From an uncultured Chloroflexia bacterium (GTDB taxonomy: Bacteria > Chloroflexota > Anaerolineae > CG2-30-64-16), in contig CAVZDU010000002.1 in assembly GCA_963774265.1 (NCBI GenBank), positions 480,001 through 544,000 of the forward strand: a stretch of DNA of 64,000 nucleotides, read 5' to 3'. The translations under genes were made by a program, and so were the position numbers. How positions within the stretch are numbered: position 1 is the first letter of the stretch; each line of letters starts with the position of its first letter. The notes below the pieces were generated by a model. The model saw only the letters and a list, made by a program, of their open reading frames with translations. It ran no database searches and was not told the origin of the DNA. Of this stretch, positions 49,238 through 62,657 are shown piece after piece.

Positions 49238-51968
49238 ATGAATGCTTTGATGCTGAAACGCACGCTGCCTGTTCCTCATACGGCGCCGGTCAGCCGGGGA
49301 ACTGCTAAGCCCTGGCATAGCCTCACGGTCGAGGCGGTCTTGAGCGAGTTGGACGTCCAGACCGGTGGGCTCACACGGCTGAGGCGGACACGAGACTTGA
49401 GCGGTTCGGCCGCAACGAGATCGCGCGGCGCAAGCCGATCTCGCCGCTGCGCCTATTCCTCAAGCAGTTCGCCAACTTCTTCGTGTTGGTGTTGCTGTTT
49501 GCGGCGGCTTGGCCTACGCAGTCAGCTTCCTGCCGGGTGAGACTGACCGGCGACTGACCGCTTTCTTCATCCTGGGTATCATCGCCATCAGCGTGCTGCT
49601 CGGTTTCTTCGAGGAGTTCCGGGCGCAGAAGTAGCTGGATGCGCTGGATAAGCTGCTGGTCTTCAAAGCCATGGTCCTGCGCGATGGCGTCGCGGCACCA
49701 GGTGGATGCCGCCGAGATCGTGCCCGGCGACATCCTGGTGCTGGCGCAAGGGCAGAAGGTACCGGCCGACGCGCGGGTGATCGAAGCCCACAGCTTGCGC
49801 GCCGATGAGTCGGCGCTGACCGGCGAGAGCGTCGCGGTCCGACAAGTCGCCGGCATCGGTCGCCCCCGACGCCGTTCTGGCCGAGCGCACGAGCATGATC
49901 TACGGCTCGACCTACATCACACACGGCACGGGCTGGCGGTCGCCGTGCAGACGGGCATGGCGACCGAGGTGGGCCAAAATCGCCGGCACGCTGCAGCAGA
50001 TGGCCGAGCGCCCCACGCCGTTCCAGGTGGAAGTGCGGAAAGATGGCGCGGCAGATGACCGATGATCGTCGGCGTCCTGGCCGTCGCTGGTCGCCGTTAT
50101 CCTGCTGCTTTCTGCTGCATGAGCCGCCGATGGATGTGGCGCTCAACACGCTCGAGCCTGGCGGTCGCGACCATGCCCGAAAGCCTGCCATCGTGCTGAC
50201 GTTCGCGCTGGCCCTCGGGCGCGCGTCAGATGGCTGCGCGGCAAGGCGGTGGTGCGGCGCCTGTCGGTGGTCGAATCGCTGGGCTCGGTGGACACCATCT
50301 GCACCGACAAGACCGGCACGCTGACGCAGAACGTCATGACGGTGCAAGGCTTATGCTCGCGGATGGCCAGGTCGTACCAGCGCCGCAGGGCCAGCTGTCG
50401 GATGAGCCGCTCGCCGACGTCGCTGCGGGCGGGCGTCTGTGCAACGAGGCGACGGTCGAGGACCGGCGGCACGCGCAAGATCATCGGCGACCCGGTGGAT
50501 ACGGCGCATGCTGCGCTGCGGCGCAGGCTGGCCGGGCTGGATGTCGCAGGCGATACGAGCAAGCTTGCCCGAAGGTGGACGAAATCCCATTCAGCTCCGA
50601 ACGGAAGATGATGACGACGATTCATCAGCACGATGGACGGCTGGCTCGCCTACACCAAGGGCGCACCCGAGGCGATACTGGCACGCTGCACATCGCTGTC
50701 AGCGGGATGGCCGCGAATGCGGATCCTGCATGACGCGCATTGCCGGCGCGCAGTCCGCCAGGTCGATAGGTCAACATGGAAAGCGCTGGTATGTACGTGC
50801 TGGCACTGGCCACAAAGAGATTGCCCGGGTCGGTGCGCCGGAGACATGTCGAACAGGGGCTGACCTTCCTGGGTCTGCAGGCGCTGATGGATCCGCCGCG
50901 ACCCGAGCCGCAGACGGCCATCGCCGCAGGCGCAGGACGCAGGCATCCGCGTGGTGATGATCACAGGCGACAACGCGCTCACGGCCAGCGCCGATCGGCC
51001 GGCCAGCCTGGGAATCGGCGAGCGACGCGGTCGAAGCGCACGAGACTGGACGGAACTGGCTCACGCGCGGCGCTCCAGGAACGAATGAAGACGATGGATA
51101 TCGTGGCGCGCGCCACACCGCAGATCAAGCAGCGGGTGCTGCAGGCCCTGCAGGACGACGGTCACTTTGTCGCATGACAGGCGACGGGGTGAACGACGCG
51201 ACCGCGCTGAAGCAATCCGACGTGGGCGTGGCGATGGGTCTACGCGGGCACGGACATCGCCAAGGAATCGGCAGCGATGGTGCTGCTGGACGACAACTTC
51301 TCCACGATCGTGGCGGCGGTCGAGGAAGGCCGGCGCATCTTCGACAACATCCGCAAGTTCACCAACTACCTGCTCAGCACCAGCCTCGGTGAAGTTGTCG
51401 TTGTGCTGGCGCTCTCGGTGGCGGGCTACTTCCCGCTCTCGGCGACGATGCTGCTGTGGGTCAACGTGGTGACGGACCTGATCCCGGCCAGCGCGCTGGC
51501 CGGCCGACCCGGCCGTGCCGCATGTGATGAAACGCCGGCCGCGGCATCACGACGAGCCGATGCTGAACAAGGCCATCTATGCCACGATCGCCGGAAGCAT
51601 GTTCCGCACGCTGATCGCCTACTGGCTGATCTTCTGGGCAGGCCTCCAGGCTGGGCGGCGTCGACCTATGCGCGCACCATGCTCTTCACCAGCATCGTGC
51701 TGCACGCGTTCACGCGCGTGATGGTGGTGCGGCAGATGGACACCCTGTCGATCTGGTCAAACTCGCGCGCTGCTCTGGAGCTATGCGGTCGCGGTCGGGC
51801 TGCAACTGCTCGCGCATCTACACACCTCTGGCGCGACCTGTTCGGCATCGTGCCGCTGGACTGGCGCGCGTGGGCGGTGATGGTGCCGGTGGTCGCAGGC
51901 TCGTCTCTGGCAGGGGCATCTACATGACGCGCTGGATCCTGAAGCTAGTGCCATTATGGGAGAGCTGA
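49238..51968 (+). CDS. Cation-transporting P-type ATPase (Ca2+/type II-like), heavily frameshifted
   Basis: [69 protein letters not shown]. Confidence 0.85.
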
Positions 51969-52374
51969 TATGAACCTTCTGCTGAACCATGCTCCCGGTC
52001 CGGCTTCATATGAAAACATCTTAGCAGGTAACACATGGTTCGTGGCGCATTCAGTCGGCATTAGCCCAAGAGAGCGCCAAGGCGGGTGTCATGTCGTCAA
52101 AGGCGCGATCGACGGCATCCAGCAGGCATTGCAGCGAGCCGTACAAGCGATTGGCGGCGATCTGGCCCTTGAAGTCGTAACCAAATGTTCTCGACCGGAT
52201 TGAGATGTGAGCAGTACTTCGGCAAGTAGAACACCTGGAGCCGGGGGTGCTCGGCCAACCAGTCTTTGACCACGTCTATGGAAATCGATCACGCGCCAAA
52301 TCCACGTGCGCGCCGCGAGGACCGCCGTCGTCCACCCGGAACGCCGGCGGTCCCCGCGTCTGTTGACCCGGGTG

Positions 52375-54595
52375 CTACCCGACAGACACGGTCGCGGTAA
52401 GCGGCGTGTTGTCGCTGGAGTTGCCGACGTACACCCGGTAATCGCCGGGCTTCACGACGAAGCCGCGGGAGCAGTAGTCCCACACGGACAGCGGGTGGTT
52501 GGTCGCCGCCGGGTCGATGACGATGCTGACCCGCTGCGACTCACCCGGTTCAAGGCTGACCTTCTTGAAGCCGACGAGTCGCTTCGGCGGCTGGCCCTCG
52601 ACGGGGATTCCCAGGTAGACCTGCCCGACCTCGGCGCCCACGACCGACCCGGTGTTGGTCAACGTGAACTCCACCCGGATAGGCGCGATCGGCGCGACGG
52701 CGCCCTGCGCCGCTCCGTAAGTGGCGGTCGGGCTGACGGCGGCCATCTTTTGGACGGCGGCCGTCCGTTGGACGGCTAGGTCCGAAATCTCGAACGTGGT
52801 GTACGACAGTCCGAAGCCGAACGGGAACAGCGGCTTGATGCCCTGGGACTGGAACCAGCGGTAGCCGACCTGGCGGCCCTCCGTGTAGCGGATGACCGGG
52901 AAGCCGCCACCCTCGTCGGTGCCGGGGTAGCGAACCGGGTCGTTGTAGTAAAGTGTGTCCTTCTCGGATGCCGGGTAGGTGGTCGGGACCTTGCCCCCGG
53001 GGTTCACGATACCGAACAGCAGGTCAGCGACGACGTGGCCGTCCTCCGTGCCCTGGTTCCACGCCTCGAGGATGGCCGGCGCCTTGTCGATCCACGGCAT
53101 GAGCACCGGGGAGCTGTCCTTCAGCACGACCACGGTCCTGTCGTTGAGTCCGAGCAGCGCGTCGAGCATCCGGTTCTGGCCGTTGAACAGGTCCCCGCTC
53201 GGGCGGTCGACACCCTCGGTGGCGACGACGCCGGCCATGAGGATGACGGTATCAGCCGCCTTGACGGCGGCCTTGGCCGCGTCCAGGTTCGACAGGTCGT
53301 TGGCGACGGTGACCTTGCTGACGGTGGCGTCCGAGCAGAGGTCACGCAGCACGTCTTGCATGCCCTCGACCGGCGGGACCGTGTACAGCGGGGTGACCTT
53401 CGAGGAGCCGCCACCGCCCTGGCAGGCGTCGTCGACGTAGTCGGCCTGGCCGACGATGAGGACCTTGCCGGCCGTCCTGGGGTCCAGAGGCAGGAGCCCG
53501 CCCTCGTTCTTCAGCAGCACGGCGAGCTGCTCGCCGATCTTGCGGGAGATGGCGCCGTGGCCCCTGGCATCGATCACGCCCGGGTTGTACGGGTGCTCGA
53601 AATGGCCGAAGCGGAACATCTGCGTGAAGCGACGCACCAGCGCCCGGTTGACCGTCTGGATCTCCAGGCTCGTGTCCCGAAGGGCGGCCTTCACGGTGTC
53701 GTCGCTGCACCACTTGGCATCGGGCATCTCGTGGTCCATGCCAGCATTCAGCGACGCAGCGCACGAACGGCAGGACCAAAAGTCGGACTGCACGTACCCC
53801 TCGAAGCCCCACTCCTCGCGCAGGATGTTCGTCAGGGTGTAGCGGTTCTCGGTCGCATAGGTGCCGCGCACCCGGTTGTAGGCGCTCATCACCGCGGCAA
53901 GCCTGGCATCCTTGACCACCATCTCGAACGGCAGCAGGTAGATCTCGCGCAGCACGTCCTCGTCCACCTCGACACTGGTGCGGAAGCGCTCGTACTCCTG
54001 GTCATTGACCACGTAGTGCTTGGCCATGGCGATCACGTCATGGGACCTGGATCGCTTTGGTGACCTCGACGCCCATGACGCCCGACAGGTAGGGATCCTC
54101 GGAGAAGTACTCGAAATTGCGGCCGGCGATTGCGGTGCGCTCGATGCACACACCCGGGCCTTCGAGCACGTGCTGGCCCAGGGTCGCGGTCTCCGAGCCG
54201 ATCAGGTCGCCGTACGTGTAGGCCAGCTCCGGGTCGAAACCAGCGGCCAGTGCGATCGCCATCGGCAGGCTCGTCGCGGGCGGGCTGGGCGTCCCGTCGC
54301 CCATCCCGACGCCCACAGGGCCGTTAGTGATGCGGAAGCGCGGGATGCCGAGCTCCTCGATGGCCTTGACGTGACGCTCGATCCGGATCTGGGCCGCGAG
54401 CCGGTCCATCTCCTCCTTCGTCGTCGCCTGCGCGGACAAGCCGTAGATGTCGATCGTCTCCATGTTGCCATGCAGCTGCTGGATCTTTTGCTCCAGCGTC
54501 ATGGCGGCAACGAGCTTTTCGGCGCGCTCACGTGGGGACAGGGACTTGTCCATCCACGGGAACGAACCAGTGTCCTGGGTGGTTTCCGGGCTCAT
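52375..54595 (-). CDS. GH3 beta-glucosidase, frameshift near 54040
   Basis: MTLEQKI, GRNFEYFSEDP, KHYVVNDQE, LREIYLLPFE, MSAYNRV, VQSDFW, PLFPFGFGLSYT, Fn3-like tail; RBS aggag. Confidence 0.9.
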
Positions 54596-54808
54596 AGTCG
54601 GATCTCCTCTGCGCGGCCAAGCGGATTGATGACAAGGCAATGGTACGTTCTGAACCTGACTGGGATCACACGTATCGGGGCTGCTGCGATGATCCTGTCC
54701 TGGATTGCATGTTACGCATATTGGCGGTGCGTGCCTATGATCTATGTCATGTGAAGAGCACCATTCAGCTCGCATAGGGAATGCAGTAGGACACGGTGGA
54801 TCTGTATT

Positions 54809-56377
54809 TCATCCTGCAGCAGGCATCCCTGGATCAGCATATGGCACAGCCTCCTCCCCTTCCTGCATCTCCTCCGATATCACAGGCGTCAGCCAGGTGC
54901 CGCCATCGGGGACAACCAAGGCGCCAGCCGCTTCCGGCCCCCATGTCCCGGCCGGGTAGTTGGGGAAGTCGATCTGCGGCACCGTATCCCACACATTGAG
55001 GATCGGTGTCACCAAGGACCACGCCGCGTCGATCTGGTCTGCGCGCATGAACAAGGTGGCGTCTCCGCGCATCACATCCAGCAGGAGCGTCTCATAGGCT
55101 TCGGGTGGATCTGCCCTAAACGTCTCGCGGTACGAGAAGTGCATCTGCACCGGGCTCAAGCGCAACGTGGGGCCGGGCTGCTTGGCCTGGAAGCGCTGCA
55201 TAATCCCCTCCTCGGGTTGAATGCGGATCAACAGGCGGTTCGGCTGCCAATCTGACACCGCTGATGGTGGAAATGATTGGTGCGGCACGGGCCGGAACTG
55301 GATGCTGATCTCCGACACCCGGGCCGGCAGACGCTTGCCCGTCCGCAGATAAAACGGCACGTCCTGCCAGCGCCAGTTATCCACATATAGCTTCAGCGCG
55401 GCGTAGGTCTCGGTGAACGAGTCGGGGGACACACCCGGCTCATCCCGGTAAGCCGGCACCTTCTGGCCATACAGCCAACCCGCGCCGTACTGGCCGCGCA
55501 CCGCGAACTCGCGCACCTGTTCCTCACGAATGGAACGGATGGCACGCAGGACATCTGCCTTCTTGTTGCGGACCTCGTCAGCGTCAAAAGAGACCACGGG
55601 TTCCATGGCCACGTAACACAGTAGTTGCAGCAGGTGATTCTGCACCATATCACGCAAGGCGCCGGCATGGTCGTAGTAGCCGCCGCGGTGCTCGACCCCA
55701 ACCTCTTCAGCTACGGTGATTTGCACATTATTGATGTAGCGCCGGTCCCAGATGGGCTCGTAAAGGGCATTGGCGAACCGGAAAGCCAGAATGTTCTGCA
55801 CCGTCTCCTTGCCCAGGTAATGGTCGATGCGATAGAGCTGTGACTCCTCGAAGACCTTTCTTAGCATTGTTGTGAGCGCATTGGCTGACGCCAGATCGTG
55901 CCCGTACGGCTTCTCGACCACGATGCGGGTACTCTCATGGTCCCTCGTTAGCCTGGCTCCACTTAGCCCATTGACAATGATCTCGATCACCATGGGAGGG
56001 ACCGCCAGGTAGAAGACGACATCTGCGTGCGTGTTCCATTCCTTCTCCTGGTCGGCCAGGCGTTTCGCCAGCTCTTTGTGCACGGCTGGACCGCCGAGAT
56101 CGCCGCAGATGTATGAGATGCAAGGCGCCATTGCATTCCATACCTGGTCTTCGGCCTTACCCCGCCGCGAGAACCGGTCCACGCCGTCGCGCAAGCGCTG
56201 GTGGAACTCGTCCTCGCGCAGTTCTTTTTGGTCTACGCCGATGACGGCAAACTGTTCCGGCAGCCACTTGTCCAGATATAGGTTGTAGAGCGCCGGCAGC
56301 AGCTTGCGCCAGGTCAGGTCGCCGGCCGCACCGAAAATGACCAACACGGTTGGCCCGGGGTGACTGTGCTCATCCAT
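54809..56377 (-). CDS. zwf: Glucose-6-phosphate 1-dehydrogenase
   Basis: [47 protein letters not shown]; alternative in-frame start at 56440. Confidence 0.96.
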   Translation of the reverse strand: MDEHSHPGPTVLVIFGAAGDLTWRKLLPALYNLYLDKWLPEQFAVIGVDQKELREDEFHQRLRDGVDRFSRRGKAEDQVWNAMAPCISYICGDLGGPAVHKELAKRLADQEKEWNTHADVVFYLAVPPMVIEIIVNGLSGARLTRDHESTRIVVEKPYGHDLASANALTTMLRKVFEESQLYRIDHYLGKETVQNILAFRFANALYEPIWDRRYINNVQITVAEEVGVEHRGGYYDHAGALRDMVQNHLLQLLCYVAMEPVVSFDADEVRNKKADVLRAIRSIREEQVREFAVRGQYGAGWLYGQKVPAYRDEPGVSPDSFTETYAALKLYVDNWRWQDVPFYLRTGKRLPARVSEISIQFRPVPHQSFPPSAVSDWQPNRLLIRIQPEEGIMQRFQAKQPGPTLRLSPVQMHFSYRETFRADPPEAYETLLLDVMRGDATLFMRADQIDAAWSLVTPILNVWDTVPQIDFPNYPAGTWGPEAAGALVVPDGGTWLTPVISEEMQEGEEAVPYADPGMPAAG

Positions 56378-56483
56378 ACGTGCGCCTCCCGGCCGTCCCT
56401 TCACAGCAACTGCAGTGAGGGAGTGTTCATTGCTTAGCATAGACTACCTCTTTCTATCCGGCATTCCAGCACTAGAGTCTGAA

Positions 56484-57797
56484 TCATCCCTCGAGCAGCA
56501 GTGTCTCAGGATCCTCGATCAGTTCTTTCACACGCACCAGGAACTGGACCGCCTCCCGGCCGTCCACGATGCGGTGATCATAGCTGAGTGCGATGTACAT
56601 CATAGGGCGGATGACGACCTGCCCATCTGCAGCCACCGGCCGGTCCTCGATCTTGTGCAGGCCCAGGATGCCTACCTGGGGCGGGTTGAGGATCGGCGTG
56701 CTCAGCAAGGACCCGAAGACGCCGCCATTGGTGAGGGTAAAGGTGCCGCCGCGCAGGTCCTCGACTGAAAGCGTGCCTTCGCTGACCTTGCGAACGTAGT
56801 CCTTGATAGCCTGCTCGATCTCTGCAAAAGACATGCGGTCCGCGTCACGGAGAACAGGCACTACTAACCCCTCTTCGGCCCCGACCGCGATGCCGATATC
56901 GTAGTAGTGCTTGAGGACGATCTCGTCACCCTGGATCTCGGCGTTAAGGCGCGGGTAGCTCTTGAGCGCGCCGATGCTCGCCTTGACGAAGAAAGACATG
57001 AAGCCGAGGTTCACGCCGTGGCGTTCTTTGAAGGACTCCTTCCGCCGGCCGCGGATCGCGATCACGGCACCCATATCTATCTCGTTGAAGGTCGTTAGTA
57101 TGGCGGCGGTGTGCTGCGCCTCCAGAAGACGGCGAGCGACGGTCTGGCGGCGGCGCGACATGCGTACGCGCTCTTCGCGGCCACCTTGGGACGGCGAGGC
57201 GATGACGACCTGGGTTGAGGCCGGGGCTGCGGGCTGCGAGGCCGTCCGAGCCTGACCCAGCGGACCAGACACAGGGGGTGGCTGCGGGGCAGCAACTGTG
57301 GCTTGTCCAGGGGGGGTGTCGGTTGAGACTGCTTCCGGGGCCAGGGGACCAGGTTGTTCGAGGTAGTCTTCCACGTCCTGTTTCCTGACCCTGCCTTGCG
57401 GTCCACTGCCGTGCACCTGGGACAATTCCACGCCACGGTCCGCAGCGAGGCGCCGCGCGACGGGGGTGGCTTTCTCGTCACTTCCCCCATCAACCGGGAC
57501 CGCCACGGTTTCCGCCGCGGCCGGGGCCTTCGTTTCATCGCCGTGCCCGGCGGGCTCTCCGGATTCCTCGATCGTGCCCAGGACATCCCCGATGTGTACG
57601 TCGCTGCCGGCAGGTCGCTCGATGTGCGCTAAGACTCCGGCACGTTCGGCAGACACTTCCAGGTTCACCTTATCGGTCTCCAGGTTGACGAGCGGCTCGC
57701 CCGCCCGAACAGACTCGCCCTCCGTCTTCAGCCACTCGCCTACCGTTGCCTCCAACACTGATTCCCCCAATTCGGGCACGACGATCTTGATCAGCAT
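56484..57797 (-). CDS. sucB: 2-oxoglutarate dehydrogenase E2, dihydrolipoyl succinyltransferase
   Basis: Lipoyl motif LETDKV, E3-binding [42 protein letters not shown]. Confidence 0.95.
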   Translation of the reverse strand: MLIKIVVPELGESVLEATVGEWLKTEGESVRAGEPLVNLETDKVNLEVSAERAGVLAHIERPAGSDVHIGDVLGTIEESGEPAGHGDETKAPAAAETVAVPVDGGSDEKATPVARRLAADRGVELSQVHGSGPQGRVRKQDVEDYLEQPGPLAPEAVSTDTPPGQATVAAPQPPPVSGPLGQARTASQPAAPASTQVVIASPSQGGREERVRMSRRRQTVARRLLEAQHTAAILTTFNEIDMGAVIAIRGRRKESFKERHGVNLGFMSFFVKASIGALKSYPRLNAEIQGDEIVLKHYYDIGIAVGAEEGLVVPVLRDADRMSFAEIEQAIKDYVRKVSEGTLSVEDLRGGTFTLTNGGVFGSLLSTPILNPPQVGILGLHKIEDRPVAADGQVVIRPMMYIALSYDHRIVDGREAVQFLVRVKELIEDPETLLLEG

Positions 57798-57810
57798 GGT
57801 CCCCTCCTCA

Positions 57811-60632
57811 TTACTCTCTCTTGAGCCAGGCCGAATCTTGTGGCGCGACATCTACCTTCGGGTCATAGACCTGTTGGACCAGTGCCGCCTGGTTGACGGC
57901 GTGCAGCGCGGATGAGCCCTCTGCCGGGCTCGAGCCCGGCGGGCGCCCAATGTAGCGGAGCGGGCAACGCCCGGCAACGAGCTCCTGCAGGTAAGGTCGC
58001 ACGTATGTCCATGCGCCCATGTTCTCAGGTTCTTCCTGAACCCAGATCACCTCTTCCAGGTGAGGATAGCCCTCGAGGACCTCACGCAAGGCGTCAATCG
58101 GGAAAAGGTAAAGCTGCTCGATCCGGGCAATCGCTACCTCAGGGCTCTCTTCCCGGCGCTGGCTGCTGATCAGGTCCACGTAGACCTTCCCGCTGCACAG
58201 GATCAGGCGACGCACGGTGTCGGGGCGCCGGCAAGCCACGTCGTCGTCGATCACCGGCTGCCACTGGCCCTCCGCGAGCTCGCGGAGCGACGACGCTGCG
58301 GCTCGGTGGCGCAGGAGGCTCTTGGGTGTCATCACCACCATAGGGAGAGGGTCGATCTCCAGGAGCGCTGCCTGTCGCCGAAGCAGATGGAAGTACTGGG
58401 CGGACGGTCGTCGGGAAGGCGATGCGCAGGTTGGTGTCGCCCGTCAATGCCAGGAAACGTTCGAGCCGCCCACCGGAATGATCGGGGCCCTGCCCTTCGT
58501 TGGCATGCGGGAGCAACAGAACGAGCGATGGGGTCTGTTCCCATTTGGCGCGACCGGACACGATGAATTCGTCCACCATCACCTGGGCGCCGTTGATGAA
58601 ATCGCCATACTGCGCTTCCCAGAGCACCAGGCGGCGGGGGGCGGCGACGTTGTAGCCATACTCGAAGCCCACCGCGGCGGCCTCCGACAGTGGGCTATTG
58701 TAGATGGCGAAGGCCGCGCGCGCCTGGGGGAGGGCCTGCAACGGTACGTAGGTGGTTCCCTTGTCAGCGTCGTGGTAGACCGCCAGACGTTGGCTGAAGC
58801 TCCCGCGCTCGACGTCCTGCCCCGTCAGCCGGATCGGAACGCCATCGGCCAGGATTGAGGCGAAGGCCAGTTCCTCGGCAGTGCCCCAATCAATCACGCG
58901 CTCGTTCTCGTCGTCCAGGGCCCGGCGCCGGCGCTGGAGGATGCGTTGAAGCCGGAGACCGAGGTTAAAGCCTTCGGGCAATCTCTCCAGGGAAGAGTTC
59001 ATCGCCCGCAACTGATCGGCGGGGACGGCAGTGCGAGCCCGACCTGCAACGCCGCGAGGCGGAGGCTGGAGCTGAGGCTCGATCAACACTTCCACGGGCA
59101 CCAACGCTTCCAGGACCTGCTGCAACTCATCGGTGCTCCGACTGACCAACTCCTCGGGCAGCGACGGAGGCACCAGGCTGCGGTCGACCAGGGTCTGGGC
59201 CCAGAGAGCACGGACCGACGGGTGCCCCGCGATCGTTGCGTACATCGCCGGCTGAGTGGAACTCGGATCGTCACCCTCGTTGTGCCCATGGCGTCGGTAC
59301 CCAATCAGGTCAATGAGGAAGTCCTTACGGAACTGCTGCCGATATGCGAAGGCCAGGCGCGTCGCCTCAAGGCACGCTTCAGGATCATCGGCGTTGACAT
59401 GAACGATAGGAATATCGAAGCCCTTGGCCAGGTCGCTGGCATACAGAGTACTGCGCTCCTGGGAAGGCGGGGTGGTGAAACCGAGCTGGTTGTTCGTGAT
59501 GAGATGGATCGTGCCGGAAGTGGTATACCCATGCGAGGCGAGATAAGTTGAGCGTCTCCGCAACCACACCCTGGCCCGAGAACGAAGCGTCGCCGTGAAG
59601 CAGGATCGGCAAGGATGCGCATTCGAGGAAGCGCGGCGCGCCGGGTTGGTCCATAGCAGTGGCAGCCGCCCTGGCCATCCCCTCCACGACGGGGTTCACC
59701 TGCTCCAGGTGGCTGGGGTTCGGGGGCATGGTCAGCACCAGGTTGACCGGCTCACCGCCCTTGACAGCACGCTGAGCTCCCTTGTGGTACTTGACATCGC
59801 CGGTCCAGCCGAGGTCGTCCCGAATGTCGAGATTTTGGCCACGCACCGGGTCCCTGAACTCAGCAAGAATCTCGGCATACGGCTTGTTGAGCAGATGCGC
59901 CAGGACATTCAGACGCCCGCGGTGGGCCATGCCGATGAAGATCTTGCAGATGTTGACGTCTGCCGACTCGCCGACCATGTCGTCGAGCATCGGCACCATC
60001 ATGTCCAGGCCCTCGACGGAAAAACGTGTCTTGCCAGGGAAAACACGATGCAGGAATTGTTCGAAGACCTCCACTCGGGTGAGACGTTCGAGCAGCGCCA
60101 CCGGATCGATGGGGCTCTGGGGAGGGCGGAACCGGCCCGACTCGGCCGCCTCGCGCAGCCATTCGCGCTCGTCGTAGAGATGGATATGGGCCCAATCGTA
60201 GCCGATGTGCGAAGAATAGACGGCGCGTAAGGCCCGGATCGCCTCCAGGGCGTTTGCAGCTCGCTGAGCGAGCGGCCCACCGACCAGCGCCGCCGGCAAT
60301 CCCCGCAGGTCATCTTCGGTCAAGTCATGGGCAGCGGGGTCCAGGGCAAGGTCGTCCGGAGGCGGACTCCCCAAGGGGTCGAGCCGGGCTGCAAAGTGGC
60401 CGTAGGAGCGGATGGCGCGAGCCAGGTTGATGGCCCCCGCAATCTTCTCTATCGGTAAACCTGGGGCGCTGACCGGCGCGCCAGCAGGGACTTCCGCCGC
60501 ACTAGGCGGCGTCCAGCGTTCGAAAAAAGCCCTTGTCGCGCTGTCTACAGAACCCGGGTCTCGCCGAAAACGGTCGTAGAGCTCGAGGACATAGCCAGCA
60601 TTCGGTCCGGGAAATTCGCTGTAAATATCCAT
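57811..60632 (-). CDS. sucA: 2-oxoglutarate dehydrogenase E1, frameshifts near 59540 and 58400
   Basis: [83 protein letters not shown]. Confidence 0.93.
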
Positions 60633-60683
60633 GACACCATCACAGGGAAATCAAGAAACACCTGCGGGCCCGCTCGCCACTCT

Positions 60684-62645
60684 TCAGAATAGCACCTGCC
60701 ACGCACGCAACAACTCTCCGACGCTCCACGCCTGGGCGAAGCAGCCACGCGGTTCAAAGGGTGGATCGCCGTCGAAGATCTCGCTGATGCTTCCCAGGCC
60801 ATTGTCCGCCAGATGCCGGACCAACGGCAGCAGGAAAGACCTGGCCAACTCGGGCTGCCGGTAGACGCGCAGATGGGCGCTGACAAACGGCCCGATCAGC
60901 CAGCTCCAGACTGTGCCCTGGTGATAGGCGGCATCGCGCTCGCGTTGATCGCCACCGTAATGGCCGATAAAGGCCGGATCCTCGCGCGCCAGGCTGCCAG
61001 CCCGTGGGACGTAAGCAACTGGCGGGCGCAGGCATCCACCACCTTCCGTTGTTGCTCTTCGTTCAATGGGCTGTGGGGCAACGCTACTGCCAACAACTGG
61101 TTGGGGCGCAGCGAAGCGTCAGCCCCGCCCGGCCCATCAATGACGTCATAGCAGGTGTCAGCCGCCTGATTCCAGAAGCGGGCGAAAGCGTGCCGCGCCC
61201 GGTTGGCCAGCTCCATGTATGGCTCCGGCGGTCGGCCAAGCCTGGCGGCAAAGACGGCCATCGTCCGCATGGCGTTGTACCAGAGAGCATTGATCTCCAC
61301 CGGTTTGCCGATCCGAGGCGTGACCACCCAGTCCCCCACTTTGGCATCCATCCAGGTCAACTGCACGCCGTTCTACGCCGGCGTATAGCAGCCCGTCCTC
61401 GGGATCCACGTGGATGTGATACCGTGTGCCGCGTTGGTGCCAGGCAACGATTTCCTCCAACACCGGGAACAACTCACGCAGCAAGCCGTCGTCGCCGGTG
61501 GCCGCATGGTAGGCGCGGATGGCCTCGAAGTACCAGAGCGTGGCATCGACCGTGTTGTATTCCGGCTGTTCGCCATGGTCGGGGAAGCGATTGGGCAGCA
61601 TGCCCTGGTCCACGAAGCGTGCGTAGGTGCGAACGATACGCGCTGCGATCTCCGGCCGGCCGGTAACCAGCGTCAGGCCCGGGCAAGCTGATCATCGTGT
61701 CACGGCCCCAATCAGCGAACCAGGGATAACCGGCGATGACACTCTGGCCCTCCGGCTCGCCGGCCAGCGGCCGGTGCACGATGAACTGATCGGCTGCCAG
61801 GACCAGCTGCCGATGCCAGGCCGGCGACGCGGTCGTGCGGCTGCGCACAATGAGCTGCTGCTCGTAGGCCTGTCGTTCTGCATAGGCGGCCGCGCCGTCC
61901 AGGTTCGAGCTCTGGTTCGGTGCTGATCACCAGTGTGACCGAGTCGCCTGGCTCCAACGTTGCGCTGAAACCGCCGGCACATAGGTTATCGTCCAACGGA
62001 TCCAGCCCTCGGTAGGCTTCGACGCTCAGGAAGATAGTTCCGGTACCATTCAGGCTGGGGCGTAATCTGGGCCCGGTCAGCCAACACATAGAATGGCGTT
62101 GCACCCGGAGAAGCAATGATCTGCAGACCCCGGGAAACCGGTCTGACGTCCATGCGCCAGTCGCCCGCGTGGGTGTTGCCATGATGGTCCCGGTAGTTGA
62201 CGATCGCTTTAGCCCGCAAGGCCAGCGCGGCGCTGGCCCGACGCAAAGTGTACTGCACGTAGGTGGTATTCGCGCCGGGCTGCATCCAGACCTGCTTTTC
62301 GAGCAAGGCATCGGCACAGGCAAAAGTCCAGACCGGCGTCGTGCCTTCCAGATGAAAGCGCTCGAGATAGTGGAAGCCCGTCGGTTCAACCACGCCGCCT
62401 TGCCAGCGATTGGCATACAAGGCGGTGTCGCTGCCACCATAACTAGCAGTCTCGTCGAGCCTGGTCACGAGCAGGGTGCGTCCCACCGGCGGCTGGAGCG
62501 CGGCGATCAGCAGACCGTGGTACCGACGAGTCAGCACCCCGGCAATCGTGCCTGAAGCATAGCCACCGATGCCGTTGGTGACCAGCCATTCTCGCCTGGC
62601 GGCCGCTGCCAGATCACCGCAAACGTCACGTCCGAAATCAAGCAC
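60684..62645 (-). CDS. Glycogen debranching enzyme / amylo-alpha-1,6-glucosidase (GDE_N + GDE_C), frameshifted
   Basis: [75 protein letters not shown]. Confidence 0.9.
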
Positions 62646-62657
62646 TGTCTGTTCCCT

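Noticed and set aside
45255-51968. Calling the two-component system and P-type ATPase true pseudogenes
   Set aside because: Full-length motif sets are retained and the damage is mostly indels, so it cannot be distinguished from read error and is more likely an artefact
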